Shown here: positions 36,580 to 46,251 of the stretch, in pieces
Layout of the letters: the number at the start of each line of letters is the position of its first letter
How positions within the stretch are numbered: position 1 is the first letter of the stretch
NCBI GenBank assembly: GCA_037478855.1
Contig: JBBFLY010000005.1
Coordinates: forward strand, 206 to 64,205
DNA: 64,000 nt
Direction of reading: 5' to 3'
Source: Acidimicrobiales bacterium
GTDB lineage: Bacteria; Actinomycetota; Acidimicrobiia; Acidimicrobiales; Acidimicrobilacustridaceae
The notes under the pieces: model-generated
Told to the model about the DNA's origin: nothing
The model's database searches: none
What the model saw: the letters and a program-made list of their open reading frames with translations, nothing else
Position numbers and translations under genes: made by a program

Positions 36580-37749
36580 TCAGCTCTCGAGACCGAAGAT
36601 GCGCACCGCGTTGCCACACAGGATCTGGTACCGCTCATCGGGTGGCACTCCGGCCATGGTCTCGTTGATCACCTTTCGCGAGTAGGGCCAGTCGTTGCCG
36701 TGGTGGGGGTAGTCGGTGCTCCACATCATGTTCGCCACCCCGACCTCGTGCCGGTTGCGGATGCCGTAGTCGTCGCGGACGAACGTGCCGCTCATGTTCT
36801 CGAACCAGTAGGTCGAGGGCGGGCGGCTGATCGGCAGGTCAGCCCAGGACCGGTTGCGCCAGTACCTGTCGTCCATGGCCTCGAGGAAGTGGGGGAGCCA
36901 GCCGACGCCGATCTCCACCATTGACACGTGCAGCGTCGGGAACCGCTCGAAGACCCCGGTGAAGATCAGCTGGCCGATCGTCGAGGGCACGCTCGAGAAA
37001 ACCCCCGAGAGGCTCGCGGCCGCTTTCGCGCCGGCCTGGTGCCGGCCCTCCCCGTAGAGCTGACGGCCACCGGCCCGCTCCGCCGCCTTCCGGGCTCGCA
37101 GACGTGCCTGTCGGCTGATCATCAGGATGTGGATGCACACCGGGAGCTCGAGCTCAGCTGCGGTGGCCCAGAAGCGGTCGTCGGCTTCCGAGATGCTGTC
37201 TCCGCCCGCGGGCCAGCAGGAGATCACCACCGCCTTCGCACCCCGATCCTTCGCCTTGTGCAGGTAGTCGACCGCGGTGTCGATGCCCAGTGACGGGATC
37301 TGGTAGACGCCGATGAGCCGGCTGGGATCCGGCGCGCAGAACTCGTCGAAGAGGAAGCGGTTGTACGCGTCGACGCCTGCCAGCACGAAGTCGTCGTCTT
37401 CGTCGCCGAGAAAGTGACCGATGGTGCGCTGCGGCGGGAAGAGGATCTCCGCATCGACGCCGTCGTAGGTCATGTCCTCGAGTCGGGCGGCGCCGTTGTA
37501 GCAACCGGGCCGGGCCTCCTCGTAGGTCACGCCGGTCCAGCGGAACTTGTCGAACGGCAAGCCGGGCGTGGCGGTGAGGCCGATCGGGTCGGGGGTCGTC
37601 GAACCGGCGAAGAGCCAGGCATCGCCGCCGTCGGCGTCCTTCACCAGCTTCGGCGCCTTGTCCTGGTAGCGGTCGGCGAGCCAGTTCTTCCAGATGTCCG
37701 GCGGTTCCAGGATGTGGGCGTCAGCCGAGATGATCGAGTAGTGGCCCAT
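36580..37749 (-). CDS. Amidohydrolase_2 family protein, paralogue 3
   Basis: 389 aa with MGHYSIISADAHILEPPDIW and WSTDYPHHGNDWP. Confidence 0.8.
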   Translation of the reverse strand: MGHYSIISADAHILEPPDIWKNWLADRYQDKAPKLVKDADGGDAWLFAGSTTPDPIGLTATPGLPFDKFRWTGVTYEEARPGCYNGAARLEDMTYDGVDAEILFPPQRTIGHFLGDEDDDFVLAGVDAYNRFLFDEFCAPDPSRLIGVYQIPSLGIDTAVDYLHKAKDRGAKAVVISCWPAGGDSISEADDRFWATAAELELPVCIHILMISRQARLRARKAAERAGGRQLYGEGRHQAGAKAAASLSGVFSSVPSTIGQLIFTGVFERFPTLHVSMVEIGVGWLPHFLEAMDDRYWRNRSWADLPISRPPSTYWFENMSGTFVRDDYGIRNRHEVGVANMMWSTDYPHHGNDWPYSRKVINETMAGVPPDERYQILCGNAVRIFGLES

Positions 37750-37768
37750 GAGCCGAACCTCCCCAGAT

Positions 37769-37788
37769 GGCTGACACCCATGTCAGCA
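37769..37788. promoter_or_regulatory. Palindromic operator box 10a: ggc TGACA ccca TGTCA gca
   Basis: Starts 20 bp upstream of the amidohydrolase start (37749, -). It is the first of two boxes separated by 2 bp. Confidence 0.7.
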
Positions 37789-37790
37789 AA

Positions 37791-37810
37791 ACCTGACATC
37801 AGCGTCAACT
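37791..37810. promoter_or_regulatory. Palindromic operator box 10b: acc TGACA tcag CGTCA act
   Basis: Tandem with box 10a, inside the operon between the SDR stop (37913) and the amidohydrolase start. Confidence 0.7.
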
Positions 37811-37912
37811 TCCTGACCGCGCCCACAGGCCTTCCAGCTGCTGCCGGCGTGGACGGGCGCTCACCGCACCCGGACACCTCGCTGACCGGAGCGCGTGCCG
37901 ACCGGGAGACGG

Positions 37913-38695
37913 TCAGCCCGGCATGGCCAGGCCCCCGTCGACGCAGAGCACCTGGCCGGTCACGAGGGCGGCGTCGTCGGAGGCGAAGAACACCGCCGTC
38001 CCGGTGAGGTCCTGCGGCGTGAGCTCCCGCTTCATCGCGGTCATCATGGTGACGAACGGCAGGAACTCCTCGGGCACGATCCGCTTGGTGGCCTCGGTCA
38101 TGGTGACGCCGGGTGCGATGCAGTTCACGGTCACGCCGTACGGACCGAGCTGGGCGGCGAGGAACTTCGTGAGCCCGATCACCCCCCACTTGGTCTGCGA
38201 GTAGGAGAAGGCGCCCACCTCCTTGAACTCGCCCGCATCAGGCATCAGGTAGAGGTAGGCCGCAGAGGATGACTGGTTGATGATGCGCCCCCTGCCCTTC
38301 TCGACCATCACCGGCGCAGCGGCCCGAGCCATGAGCCACGCCCCGTGCAGGTTCACCCGGAACACGGTCTGCAGGTAGTCGTAGCTGTTGTTGGCGTTGT
38401 CGATGTCGTAGTAGAGCGCCGCGTTGTTCACCAGGATGTCAACGGTGCCGAACGCCTCGAGCGTGGCGCTCACACAGTCGTTGGCGGAGCCCTCGTCGGA
38501 GATGTCCGTGCGGACGAAGATCGCGTCACCCCTCCCCTCGAGGTGTGCCATGGCGGAAGCGCCCCGCTCCTCGCTGATCTCGGCCACCACCACGCTGGCT
38601 CCCTCGGCGAGGAAGCGCTCCGCGTATGCCAGACCGATGCCCTGGCCGGCTCCGGTGATGATGGCCACCCGCCCCTCAAGACGCCCGCTCATCAC
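37913..38695 (-). CDS. Short-chain dehydrogenase/reductase
   Basis: 260 aa with VAIITGAGQGIGLAYA, NNAALYY and YSQTKWG. Confidence 0.8.
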   Translation of the reverse strand: MMSGRLEGRVAIITGAGQGIGLAYAERFLAEGASVVVAEISEERGASAMAHLEGRGDAIFVRTDISDEGSANDCVSATLEAFGTVDILVNNAALYYDIDNANNSYDYLQTVFRVNLHGAWLMARAAAPVMVEKGRGRIINQSSSAAYLYLMPDAGEFKEVGAFSYSQTKWGVIGLTKFLAAQLGPYGVTVNCIAPGVTMTEATKRIVPEEFLPFVTMMTAMKRELTPQDLTGTAVFFASDDAALVTGQVLCVDGGLAMPG

Positions 38696-38705
38696 ACGCA
38701 GCCCG

Positions 38706-39200
38706 TCACGACCGATGGATGAGGTTCATGCGAGAGGTCAGCACCGGCTCGCCGGCCTCGTCGCGATACACGTCCTCGATGACCAGGAAGGTCATCGTGC
38801 GCCCGTTGCTCTCCTTGGCATAGCAGTCGACCACCCGGCCTTCGCTGGTCAGCACGTCACCGACCTGGATGGGCTTGTGGTACACGAACTCCTGTTCGCC
38901 GTGGAGCACCATGCCCCCCTTGGCCATCAGGCCACCGATGATCTCCATCATCGGGCTCCGGCCGCCGGTCGGGTCGGGTGGCTGATCCTCGGGGAACTTG
39001 CCCCAGTACTGCAGGGCTGAGAACCCGTAGGTCGGTGGAGCGGGGATCCGGTCGAAACCGGCCGCGCGAGCCGCCTCCGTGCTCTGGTAGACGGGGCTGT
39101 CGTCCTTGACGGCCTCGGCGAACTTGGCCACGGGCCCCCGTTCGACCACCACCTTCGCCGCCCCGGTCGGGCGACCGATGACGTCCTTCAGCTCGCTCAT
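38706..39200 (-). CDS. MaoC-like (R)-specific enoyl-CoA hydratase, N-terminal-type hot-dog domain
   Basis: Within track ORF 38706..39290. The start is MSELKDVIGRPTGAAKVVVERGPVAKFAEAV (ATG 39200), followed by ...PAPPTYGF...VLHGEQEFVYHKPIQVGDVL. Confidence 0.65.
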   Translation of the reverse strand: MSELKDVIGRPTGAAKVVVERGPVAKFAEAVKDDSPVYQSTEAARAAGFDRIPAPPTYGFSALQYWGKFPEDQPPDPTGGRSPMMEIIGGLMAKGGMVLHGEQEFVYHKPIQVGDVLTSEGRVVDCYAKESNGRTMTFLVIEDVYRDEAGEPVLTSRMNLIHRS

Positions 39201-39260
39201 CGCGTGCGGTCCTCCGTTCTGGTGCGGCACGACAGGCCGTGACGCTAAGGTCTTGGCCAA

Positions 39261-39280
39261 ACGTGACGCTGATGTCAGGT
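39261..39280. promoter_or_regulatory. Palindromic operator box 11: acg TGACG ctga TGTCA ggt
   Basis: Lies in the divergent region between the MaoC hydratase operon (-) and the SDR/crotonase operon (+, ATG 39318). Confidence 0.7.
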
Positions 39281-39317
39281 TTCTCTGCATTCAAGCACAC
39301 CAGCAGGGGGGACACGA

Positions 39318-40250
39318 ATGGGACTGGTCGACGGGAAGGTGGCCATCGTGACGGGCGCCGGACGGGGGGTGGGACGAGGCGAGGCCCTCGAGCTCGCCGC
39401 GCAGGGCGCCAAGGTCGTGGTCAACGACTTCGGCGGCACCTCCAAGGGCGAAGGCGGTGATCGGGGCCCTGCCGACGAGGTCGTCGACCTCATCCGGCAG
39501 CGAGGTGGCGAAGCGGTCGCCAACTACGGCGACGTCAGCGACTGGCGCGACGCCGAAGCACTCGTCCAACAGGCCATCGACACGTTCGGCAGCCTCGACA
39601 TCCTCGTCAACAACGCGGGCATCCTGCGCGACGTGTCGATCACGAAGATGACCGAGGAGGACTGGGACGCTGTCATCCGCGTGCACCTCAAGGGCACCTT
39701 CGCCATGACCCACTTCGCCTGCCTCTACTGGCAGAACGAGTCCAAGGCCGGCAGGGCCCGCCGCGGGTCGATCATCAACACCGTCTCCTCCGCGGGCCTG
39801 CAAGGCAACCTCGGGCAGGCCAACTATGGCGCCGCCAAAGCCGGGATCGCCGCGCTGACGATCATCACCGCGCTCGAGGGCAAGCGCTACGGGGTGCGGG
39901 CCAACGCCATCGCGCCCGGCGGCGCCACCCGGATGGTGCACGAGGCCATGCCGCAGATCCCGATCGTCGAAGCCGACCAGGTCAGGCCCGAAGACGGGTT
40001 CCAGCGGCTGAACCCCGGCAACTCCGCGCCGATGGTCGTCTGGCTGGCATCCGACGAGTCGCTGCACGTCTCAGGCCAGGTGTTCCGGGCCGTCGGTGAC
40101 GAGATCACCCACTACGTGGGCTGGACCCTCGGCAAGACGATCAAAGCCGGAAAAGAGCCGCAGAAGTGGGATCCGGCCAAGATCGGCGACGCCGTGGCCT
40201 CCGGCATCTTCGGCTACCAGCCCGCCGGGCTGGCGATGGGCGGCGGCTGA
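39318..40250 (+). CDS. Short-chain dehydrogenase/reductase, MFE-2/Hsd4A-N-terminal-like (paralogue of 11365..12276)
   Basis: 310 aa with GKVAIVTGAGRGVGRGEALELAAQGAKVVVND, NNAGILRD and YGAAKAG. Confidence 0.8.
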   Translation: MGLVDGKVAIVTGAGRGVGRGEALELAAQGAKVVVNDFGGTSKGEGGDRGPADEVVDLIRQRGGEAVANYGDVSDWRDAEALVQQAIDTFGSLDILVNNAGILRDVSITKMTEEDWDAVIRVHLKGTFAMTHFACLYWQNESKAGRARRGSIINTVSSAGLQGNLGQANYGAAKAGIAALTIITALEGKRYGVRANAIAPGGATRMVHEAMPQIPIVEADQVRPEDGFQRLNPGNSAPMVVWLASDESLHVSGQVFRAVGDEITHYVGWTLGKTIKAGKEPQKWDPAKIGDAVASGIFGYQPAGLAMGGG

Positions 40251-40301
40251 GCCGGCCGGTCACGCTGGCGCCCCAGCGAGCGCTCCGGTAGGACGGTGCA
40301 C

Positions 40302-41138
40302 ATGGCCGACTACGAGACGCTGATCTACGAGGTGGACGACGGTGTTGCCTGGGTCACCCTCAACCGACCCGAGGTCCACAACGCGTTCAACGTGCAGATG
40401 CAGAAGGAGCTGCGCGACGTGTGGCGCTCCATGCGCCACGACGACGAGGTGCGCGTGGCGGTGCTCACCGGCGCCGGAGACAAGGCCTTCTGCACCGGCA
40501 TCGACCGCACCGAGACCCTCGGCTCCCCCGAACGTCAAGAGGCACGTCCGGACGGCGAGCACAAGACGGTCGGGTCAGGGTCGACCCCGTTCCACTTCGA
40601 CGATCCCGGAGCGTACGTCGGGCCCAAGAGCAACGACCTGTGGAAGCCCGTGATCGCCGCAGTGAACGGCATGGCCTGCGGCGGTGCCTTCTACATGCTC
40701 GGAGAGGTGGAGTTCATCATCGCCGCCGAGCACGCCACCTTCTTCGACCCGCACGTCACCTACGGCATGACCGCCGCGTTCGAGCCGATCCACATGCTCC
40801 AGAAGATGCCGTTCCACGAGATCATGCGGATCTCACTGCTCGGCAACCACGAACGCATGTCGGCTCAGCGCGCCTATCAGATCGGCCTGGTCTCCGAGGT
40901 GGTTCCCGCCGAGCAGCTGCGAGACGCCGCCGCCTGGTGTGCGAACGCGATCGCCTCCGCCCCACCGCTCGCGATCGAAGGCACCCTGCGCGCCATCTGG
41001 GCGGGGCTCGAGCACTCCCGCAGTCAGGCCCTCGGGCTCGGCTACGCCTTCGTCGGGCTCGGCACCAGCGCGGAGTCGATCCGCCAGGGCCAGGAACTGT
41101 TCGCCTCGGGGAAGCGCATCGAATGGCGCCTGCGCTGA
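40302..41138 (+). CDS. Enoyl-CoA hydratase/isomerase (crotonase) family
   Basis: MADYETLIYEVDDGVAWVTLNRPEVHNAF...GAGDKAFCTGID. The track ORF starts 6 nt earlier at a GTG. Confidence 0.8.
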   Translation: MADYETLIYEVDDGVAWVTLNRPEVHNAFNVQMQKELRDVWRSMRHDDEVRVAVLTGAGDKAFCTGIDRTETLGSPERQEARPDGEHKTVGSGSTPFHFDDPGAYVGPKSNDLWKPVIAAVNGMACGGAFYMLGEVEFIIAAEHATFFDPHVTYGMTAAFEPIHMLQKMPFHEIMRISLLGNHERMSAQRAYQIGLVSEVVPAEQLRDAAAWCANAIASAPPLAIEGTLRAIWAGLEHSRSQALGLGYAFVGLGTSAESIRQGQELFASGKRIEWRLR

Positions 41139-41146
41139 CCTCCCGC

Positions 41147-41830
41147 TCATGCTGCGGGGTGGAAGAACCCCCGCTGCGCGATGCGAGCGAGCGTGTCGGC
41201 CAGCTCATCGTCGCCGAAGGGAAGGTCGCGGGAGGTCACGAAGTAGGTGGAGCGCTCGATCATCGCGAGCAGTGCAGCTCCGGCCAGCTCGAGATCGGGC
41301 TGGTCACCTCGGACCTCGCGCAGACGTGTGACCAGCGAGCCGGTGATCTCCGTGAACGCCTTGGCGCCAAGCCGGGCCAGGTCGCGACTGGTCACCTGAT
41401 CCTCCATCCAGGCCCGGATCACCACCCCGTAGCGGCGGTAGGTGGCGATGAAGGCCGACAGCCACTCCCGCAGCACCTCCACGCCGGGCTCACCCGGTGG
41501 AACCGGGCTGAGCGACGAGGCCAGGTCGGTCATCTCCTCCGCACACTGCACGGCGAGCGCCCGGAACAGATCCTCCTTGTTGGAGAAGTACAGGTAGAAG
41601 GTGCCGTGGGAGACCTTCGCCACGCGCACCACATCGTCGACACGGGCCGCGTGATACCCCTTCTCGGCCAGCACCTGCATGCCGGCCGCGAGCAGTGCGG
41701 CCATCGTGCGCCGACCCTGGCTGCGCAGCTCCCTCCCGGCCGTGGGCGAGCCGGACGCCCCGCCACCACGGCGGACACGGACCTGCTCGGTTCCCGAGTT
41801 GCCGCTTCGCGCCATGGCCACCTCCTGCAA
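41147..41830 (-). CDS. TetR-family transcriptional regulator (paralogue A)
   Basis: 227 aa with an Arg-rich N-terminal tail, then the HTH region GYHAARVDDVVRVAKVSHGTFYLYFSNKEDLF. It is collinear with 59085..59768. Confidence 0.85.
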   Translation of the reverse strand: MQEVAMARSGNSGTEQVRVRRGGGASGSPTAGRELRSQGRRTMAALLAAGMQVLAEKGYHAARVDDVVRVAKVSHGTFYLYFSNKEDLFRALAVQCAEEMTDLASSLSPVPPGEPGVEVLREWLSAFIATYRRYGVVIRAWMEDQVTSRDLARLGAKAFTEITGSLVTRLREVRGDQPDLELAGAALLAMIERSTYFVTSRDLPFGDDELADTLARIAQRGFFHPAA

Positions 41831-41844
41831 CGACGCCCGGTGCG

Positions 41845-43371
41845 ATGCTCGGACCCGTCGTAGACGAGGCCGCCGAACGGTTCGGCGATCGTACCGCCTA
41901 CGTCTCAGCGGGCGGTGAGACCGTCAGCTACGCCGACTTCCGAGATCGCACGCAGCGGGCGGCCCACTGGTTGCACGAGCAGGGTGTGCAGGCCGGTGAT
42001 GTCGTCGCCCTCGTGCTGCCCGCGACCGTCGAGTACCTCGCGCTCTACGTGGGTGCGGCCCGCATCGGCGCCGTCACCGCAGGCGTGAACTGGCGCCTGA
42101 CCCCGCACGAGCAGCAGGCGCTGATCGAGCTCGTGGATCCCATGCTGACGGTACGGCCGGCCGACGTGCCGGACCTGACCACCGAGCTCCCACCCACTCC
42201 CCTCCCGCGGTCCGCTGCCGCCGACGCCCCCGGATCGAACACCCCGGTGGCGATCGTGTTCACCTCGGGCACCACCGGGCGGCCGAAGGCCGCGGTCTTC
42301 GGCATCCGGCAGCTCGAGGTCATCACCCGGATCGACACCGGCGGCCGCTGGGGAGGCGGTGGTGGGCAGCTGGCTGGCATGTCCTTCGCGTCGCTCGGAC
42401 CGATGACGAAGCTGCCCGGCAACCTCATGCGTGGCGGAACCACCTACCTGGTCGACCGCTGGCACGCCCGCCTCGCGCTCGAGCTGACGGAGCGCCACCA
42501 GCTGACGACCATCGCGGGGATCCCCACCCAGGTCGCCCTCATGCTGGCCGACCCCGAGCTCGGCCGCTTCGACCACTCATCCGTCCGGGCCGTCGTCATG
42601 GGTGGTGGTCCCGCGACGCCGGCGCTGGTGCGCGACGCGCGCACCCGCTTCAACGCCCCGGTAGCCATCCGCTACTCCTGCACCGAGGCCGGCATCGGGC
42701 TCGGCACCGCCCTCGACGCACCCAACGAGGATGCGGAGATCAGCGTCGGACGGCCGCACCCGGGGCTCGAGCTGGCGATCCGCGACGAGGCTCTCGAACC
42801 GGTTCCATCCGGCGCGGTCGGCGAGGTGTGCCTGCGCTCCGGAGCCACCATGAGCGGCTACTGGAACGACCCGGCCGGAACCGCCCAGGCCTTCACCCCG
42901 GATGGGTTCGTCCGCACCGGCGACCTGGGCTGGATCGATGACCAGGGTCGGCTGCGCCTCGCCGGCCGCCGCAAGGAGCTCTACGTCCGGGGCGGCTACA
43001 ACGTCTACCCGGTCGAGGTGGAGGCGGTGCTGGCGGAGCACCCAGCGGTGGCCGAGGTGGCGGTGGTGCCACGCCCCGACCCCGTCATGGGGGAGATCGG
43101 GGTGGCGGCGGTAGTGGTCCGCCCCGGATCACCACCTCCCACGCTCGCCGAGCTGCGCAGCTTCGCCGCGGACCGCCTGGCCCACCACAAGCTCCCCGAG
43201 CGGCTGGTGGCGCTCGACGCCCTCCCCCTCACGCCAGCGGAGAAGGTCGACCGTCGGGCGCTCGCCGACCTCGTCGCGGCGCTCGCGGACGACGGCGACG
43301 AAGCCGGCGGGCAGGCCCGCGCTACGCGGCCTTCCAGGCCCAGCCGAGGAACGGGCTCGTCGTCGCCTTGA
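41845..43371 (+). CDS. AMP-dependent acyl-CoA synthetase/ligase
   Basis: Within track ORF 41695..43371. The start is MLGPVVDEAAERFGDRTAY (ATG 41845, in frame). It has IVFTSGTTGRPKAAVF, TGDLGWIDDQGRLRLAGRRKELYVRGGYNV and the C-terminal KLPERLVALDALPLTPAEKVDR. Confidence 0.85.
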   Translation: MLGPVVDEAAERFGDRTAYVSAGGETVSYADFRDRTQRAAHWLHEQGVQAGDVVALVLPATVEYLALYVGAARIGAVTAGVNWRLTPHEQQALIELVDPMLTVRPADVPDLTTELPPTPLPRSAAADAPGSNTPVAIVFTSGTTGRPKAAVFGIRQLEVITRIDTGGRWGGGGGQLAGMSFASLGPMTKLPGNLMRGGTTYLVDRWHARLALELTERHQLTTIAGIPTQVALMLADPELGRFDHSSVRAVVMGGGPATPALVRDARTRFNAPVAIRYSCTEAGIGLGTALDAPNEDAEISVGRPHPGLELAIRDEALEPVPSGAVGEVCLRSGATMSGYWNDPAGTAQAFTPDGFVRTGDLGWIDDQGRLRLAGRRKELYVRGGYNVYPVEVEAVLAEHPAVAEVAVVPRPDPVMGEIGVAAVVVRPGSPPPTLAELRSFAADRLAHHKLPERLVALDALPLTPAEKVDRRALADLVAALADDGDEAGGQARATRPSRPSRGTGSSSP

Positions 43372-44986
43372 CCGGGATGTTGCCGGGGATCTTCGCCCCG
43401 GACATGCCGTACACGTTGTTCGCGAAGATCACGGCGGCGCGGTTGCGGACGACGAACATGAAGTTGAGGTTCTCGGCCATCCGCTGCTGGATGATCTTCC
43501 ACTGCTCGATGCGCTTCTCGGTCGAGCTCGTCTGCTGGATCGCGTCCAGGGCAGCCTGGATCTGCGGGTCGGCGAGCCGGGTGAAGTTCAGCGCGAGCTG
43601 TCCCAGCGGCTTGACGGTCTCGGACGAGATCAGCACCGAGTCGATCGGGGGCTCACCGAAGGTGATGAAGCCGGTGGCTTCGAAGTTCCCGGTGAGTGCA
43701 TCCACGATGAGCGTGGCCTGATCGACCAGGTTCAGCTCGATGCTCACGCCCAGGTTCGCGGCCTGTGCCTGTGCTGCCTCACCGATCGTCTTGAACTGCG
43801 CGGTGCCGGGGAGGGTGAGCTTGAACGACAGCGGCTTGCCGGTCTTCTTCTTGTACTCCTCATGCAGCGCCTGGGCCTTCGCAGGGTCGTAGGTCGGATA
43901 CGTCGTCTCCGCGTAGTACGGCGAGCTCGGGCTGAAGAGGCTGTTCGACGGTGGGAACAGGCCGTAGTACTGCACCTGCGAGATGGACTTGGTGTCGAGA
44001 CCGGTCACCACGATCTGGCGGGCCAGCGGATCATCGAACGGCGGCTTGGCGGTGTTGAGGCCGACGAACTGGGTCTGATCCTCTGCGTTCGCGTTCGACA
44101 GGAGCTGGACCTGCCCGGCTTGCGCCTTCTCGAGGAACCGCTGGATCGGATCGGGCTCGAACGTGTTGAAGGCGTCGACCGACCCCGACTCGAGCGCGGC
44201 GCCCCGGGCGGTGGGATCGGCGAGCACGGTGAACTCGATGCCGTCGAGATACGGCAGCTGCGTTCCCGACTCGTCCTTCTGCCAGTAGTTGGGGTTCCGG
44301 GTGACGGTGAGCTTGCTGTCCTGCACCCAGTTCTGGAAGACGAACGGACCGGTACCGATCGGCTGCTGCGCCGGCGCCGACGAGGCGATCTGGGCAGGAG
44401 CGGCGACCACACCGGCCTGGGTGGTGAGCGAGTTCGGGAAGGTCGACCACGGCCGCTTCGTCGTCACCCGGACGGTGAGATCATCGACCACCTCGACCGA
44501 GCCGAGGAACGAGCCAATGGCGGCGCCGAGCAGCACCGAGGTGGCTGCCCGTTCCAGGTTGAGCCGCACCGCGTTGGCGTCGAGCTTCTCGCCGTTGTGG
44601 AACACGATGCCCGGGCGCAGCTTGATGGTCCACGACGTGAAGCTGTCGTTCGACTCGATCGACTCGGCGAGGTTCGGACGGGGGTTCCCGTCGGCGTCGA
44701 GCTCAGCGAGCCGGTCGAAGATCGCCCGGCTGACGATGGTGCCAGCACCAGCCCACTGGCTGTTGGCCGGGTCCCACCCAGTGGCCGTCTCCGCGTCGAG
44801 GCCGAACTTGAGCGTTCCACCCCGCTGCGGCGGCGTCGGAGCGGTCTTCGTCAGCTCCGTCTCCGGGATGGTGCGATCGGACGTGCCCTGCGAATCGCCA
44901 CTGCCACCGCACGCGGCCGCCAGCACGGTGACGGCGAGCAGGGCTGCGATGACGGACAGGCGCGCACGCGTCGTTGTCGACTTCAC
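43322..44986 (-). CDS. ABC-transporter substrate-binding lipoprotein, family 5 (peptide/nickel/opine type); no cognate permease in the window
   Basis: 554 aa with MKSTTTRARLSVIAALLAVTVLAAACGG (lipobox), GGTLKFGLDAE and WTIKLRPGIVFHNGEKLDA. Confidence 0.8.
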   Translation of the reverse strand: MKSTTTRARLSVIAALLAVTVLAAACGGSGDSQGTSDRTIPETELTKTAPTPPQRGGTLKFGLDAETATGWDPANSQWAGAGTIVSRAIFDRLAELDADGNPRPNLAESIESNDSFTSWTIKLRPGIVFHNGEKLDANAVRLNLERAATSVLLGAAIGSFLGSVEVVDDLTVRVTTKRPWSTFPNSLTTQAGVVAAPAQIASSAPAQQPIGTGPFVFQNWVQDSKLTVTRNPNYWQKDESGTQLPYLDGIEFTVLADPTARGAALESGSVDAFNTFEPDPIQRFLEKAQAGQVQLLSNANAEDQTQFVGLNTAKPPFDDPLARQIVVTGLDTKSISQVQYYGLFPPSNSLFSPSSPYYAETTYPTYDPAKAQALHEEYKKKTGKPLSFKLTLPGTAQFKTIGEAAQAQAANLGVSIELNLVDQATLIVDALTGNFEATGFITFGEPPIDSVLISSETVKPLGQLALNFTRLADPQIQAALDAIQQTSSTEKRIEQWKIIQQRMAENLNFMFVVRNRAAVIFANNVYGMSGAKIPGNIPVKATTSPFLGWAWKAA

Positions 44987-45025
44987 CTGGTCGGTTCCCC
45001 CTCGTCCGGACGTGGATGCCGAAGG

Positions 45026-46240
45026 CTAGGGCGATGGAGGGGACGGGACAAGAGGACGCGGTCGGTCGAGCAGCGCGAGGAAGCGGTCGCAGGACACCAG
45101 TGCGACGGCCGCGACGAGCAGGGTCGGGACGATGGCACCAGCGCCGACCCACTCGGCGATCACACCGACCAGCGACGAGACCGCTGCCGCCCCGACGACG
45201 GCCGAGCCAAACTGCACCCCCATCAGCCGGCGGGCCCGGGCGGAGCCCAGCCGGCCGGGGGTGAGCGCGACCAGCGCGGGGAACACACCCGCCAGCGCGG
45301 TGCCGAGCAGCACGAGGCCCACCACGGCGACCGGTCCCCCGACGAGCACCAATGCGGCCGAGAGCGGGATCCCGGCCATCGAAACGCCGAGCACCCGCGA
45401 CGGCGGGGCCCGGTGCCCGGCCAAGCCCAGCCCGAGCCGACCAGCCGTCAACGCCGCCCAGAACGCGGTGACGCTCAGCGCGGCCGGCCCGTCCGTCATG
45501 CCGTCCGCCACGAGCGCGCTGAAGGCCCAGGTCCCTGTGGCGATCTCGAGGCCGTTGTAGAAGAAGAACGCGCCAAGGCCGACGACGACCGCGAGGCGCA
45601 TCCGGGGGGTGAGAGGCGGGTCGGGCACGATCGAGCTGACCGCTGCGGCGCTCCGCTCACCACCGGTGAGCGCACGCACCTCGACGGTGGAGCTGTCCAC
45701 CCACGACCTGCGGGTGAGCGCGAACGCCACCGCGGCGACCACCCACCAGGATCCCATCAGCACGTAGGCCAGCCGCCACGAGCCACCGAGCTCGAGCAGG
45801 CCCGTGACCAGCACCGGTCCCGCGGTGGCGCCGATGCCGAAGCCCCCGTGCATGAGCTGCAGCACCCTGGGCGGGTGGTGGACCGCGACGTACGCGTTCA
45901 GCTCCGCGTCGACACCGGCGGCGGAGATCCCCTGCAGCGCGCTGGCAACCAGCACGAGCGGCCAGACCGGCACGACGGCCACCAGGAGCAGCGCGGTCGC
46001 GCCGATCGCGGAGGACCCGGTGAGGAAGGTGCCGGTGCTCACCCGCTCGGCGATCCGTCCGTGCGCGATGGCCGCCACCAGGTAGCCGACGGTGAAGAGC
46101 ACGAGGATCTGCCCGAGCGCGCCGAGCGGTTGTGAGAACGACTCCCGCATGGACGGCCAGGCCACCCCGAGCGCCCCCGAGGGGAGCCCCAGGCCCATGT
46201 ACGCCCCCACGCCGAGCCCAGCAACCAGCCGCGACCTCAC
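45026..46240 (-). CDS. MFS transporter
   Basis: Within track ORF 45026..46822. The GTG at 46240 (VRSRLVAGLGVGAYMGLGLP) lies directly after the stop of the Etf gene. About 12 hydrophobic segments are visible. Confidence 0.7.
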   Translation of the reverse strand: MRSRLVAGLGVGAYMGLGLPSGALGVAWPSMRESFSQPLGALGQILVLFTVGYLVAAIAHGRIAERVSTGTFLTGSSAIGATALLLVAVVPVWPLVLVASALQGISAAGVDAELNAYVAVHHPPRVLQLMHGGFGIGATAGPVLVTGLLELGGSWRLAYVLMGSWWVVAAVAFALTRRSWVDSSTVEVRALTGGERSAAAVSSIVPDPPLTPRMRLAVVVGLGAFFFYNGLEIATGTWAFSALVADGMTDGPAALSVTAFWAALTAGRLGLGLAGHRAPPSRVLGVSMAGIPLSAALVLVGGPVAVVGLVLLGTALAGVFPALVALTPGRLGSARARRLMGVQFGSAVVGAAAVSSLVGVIAEWVGAGAIVPTLLVAAVALVSCDRFLALLDRPRPLVPSPPSP

Positions 46241-46251
46241 CGCGGCACCGC

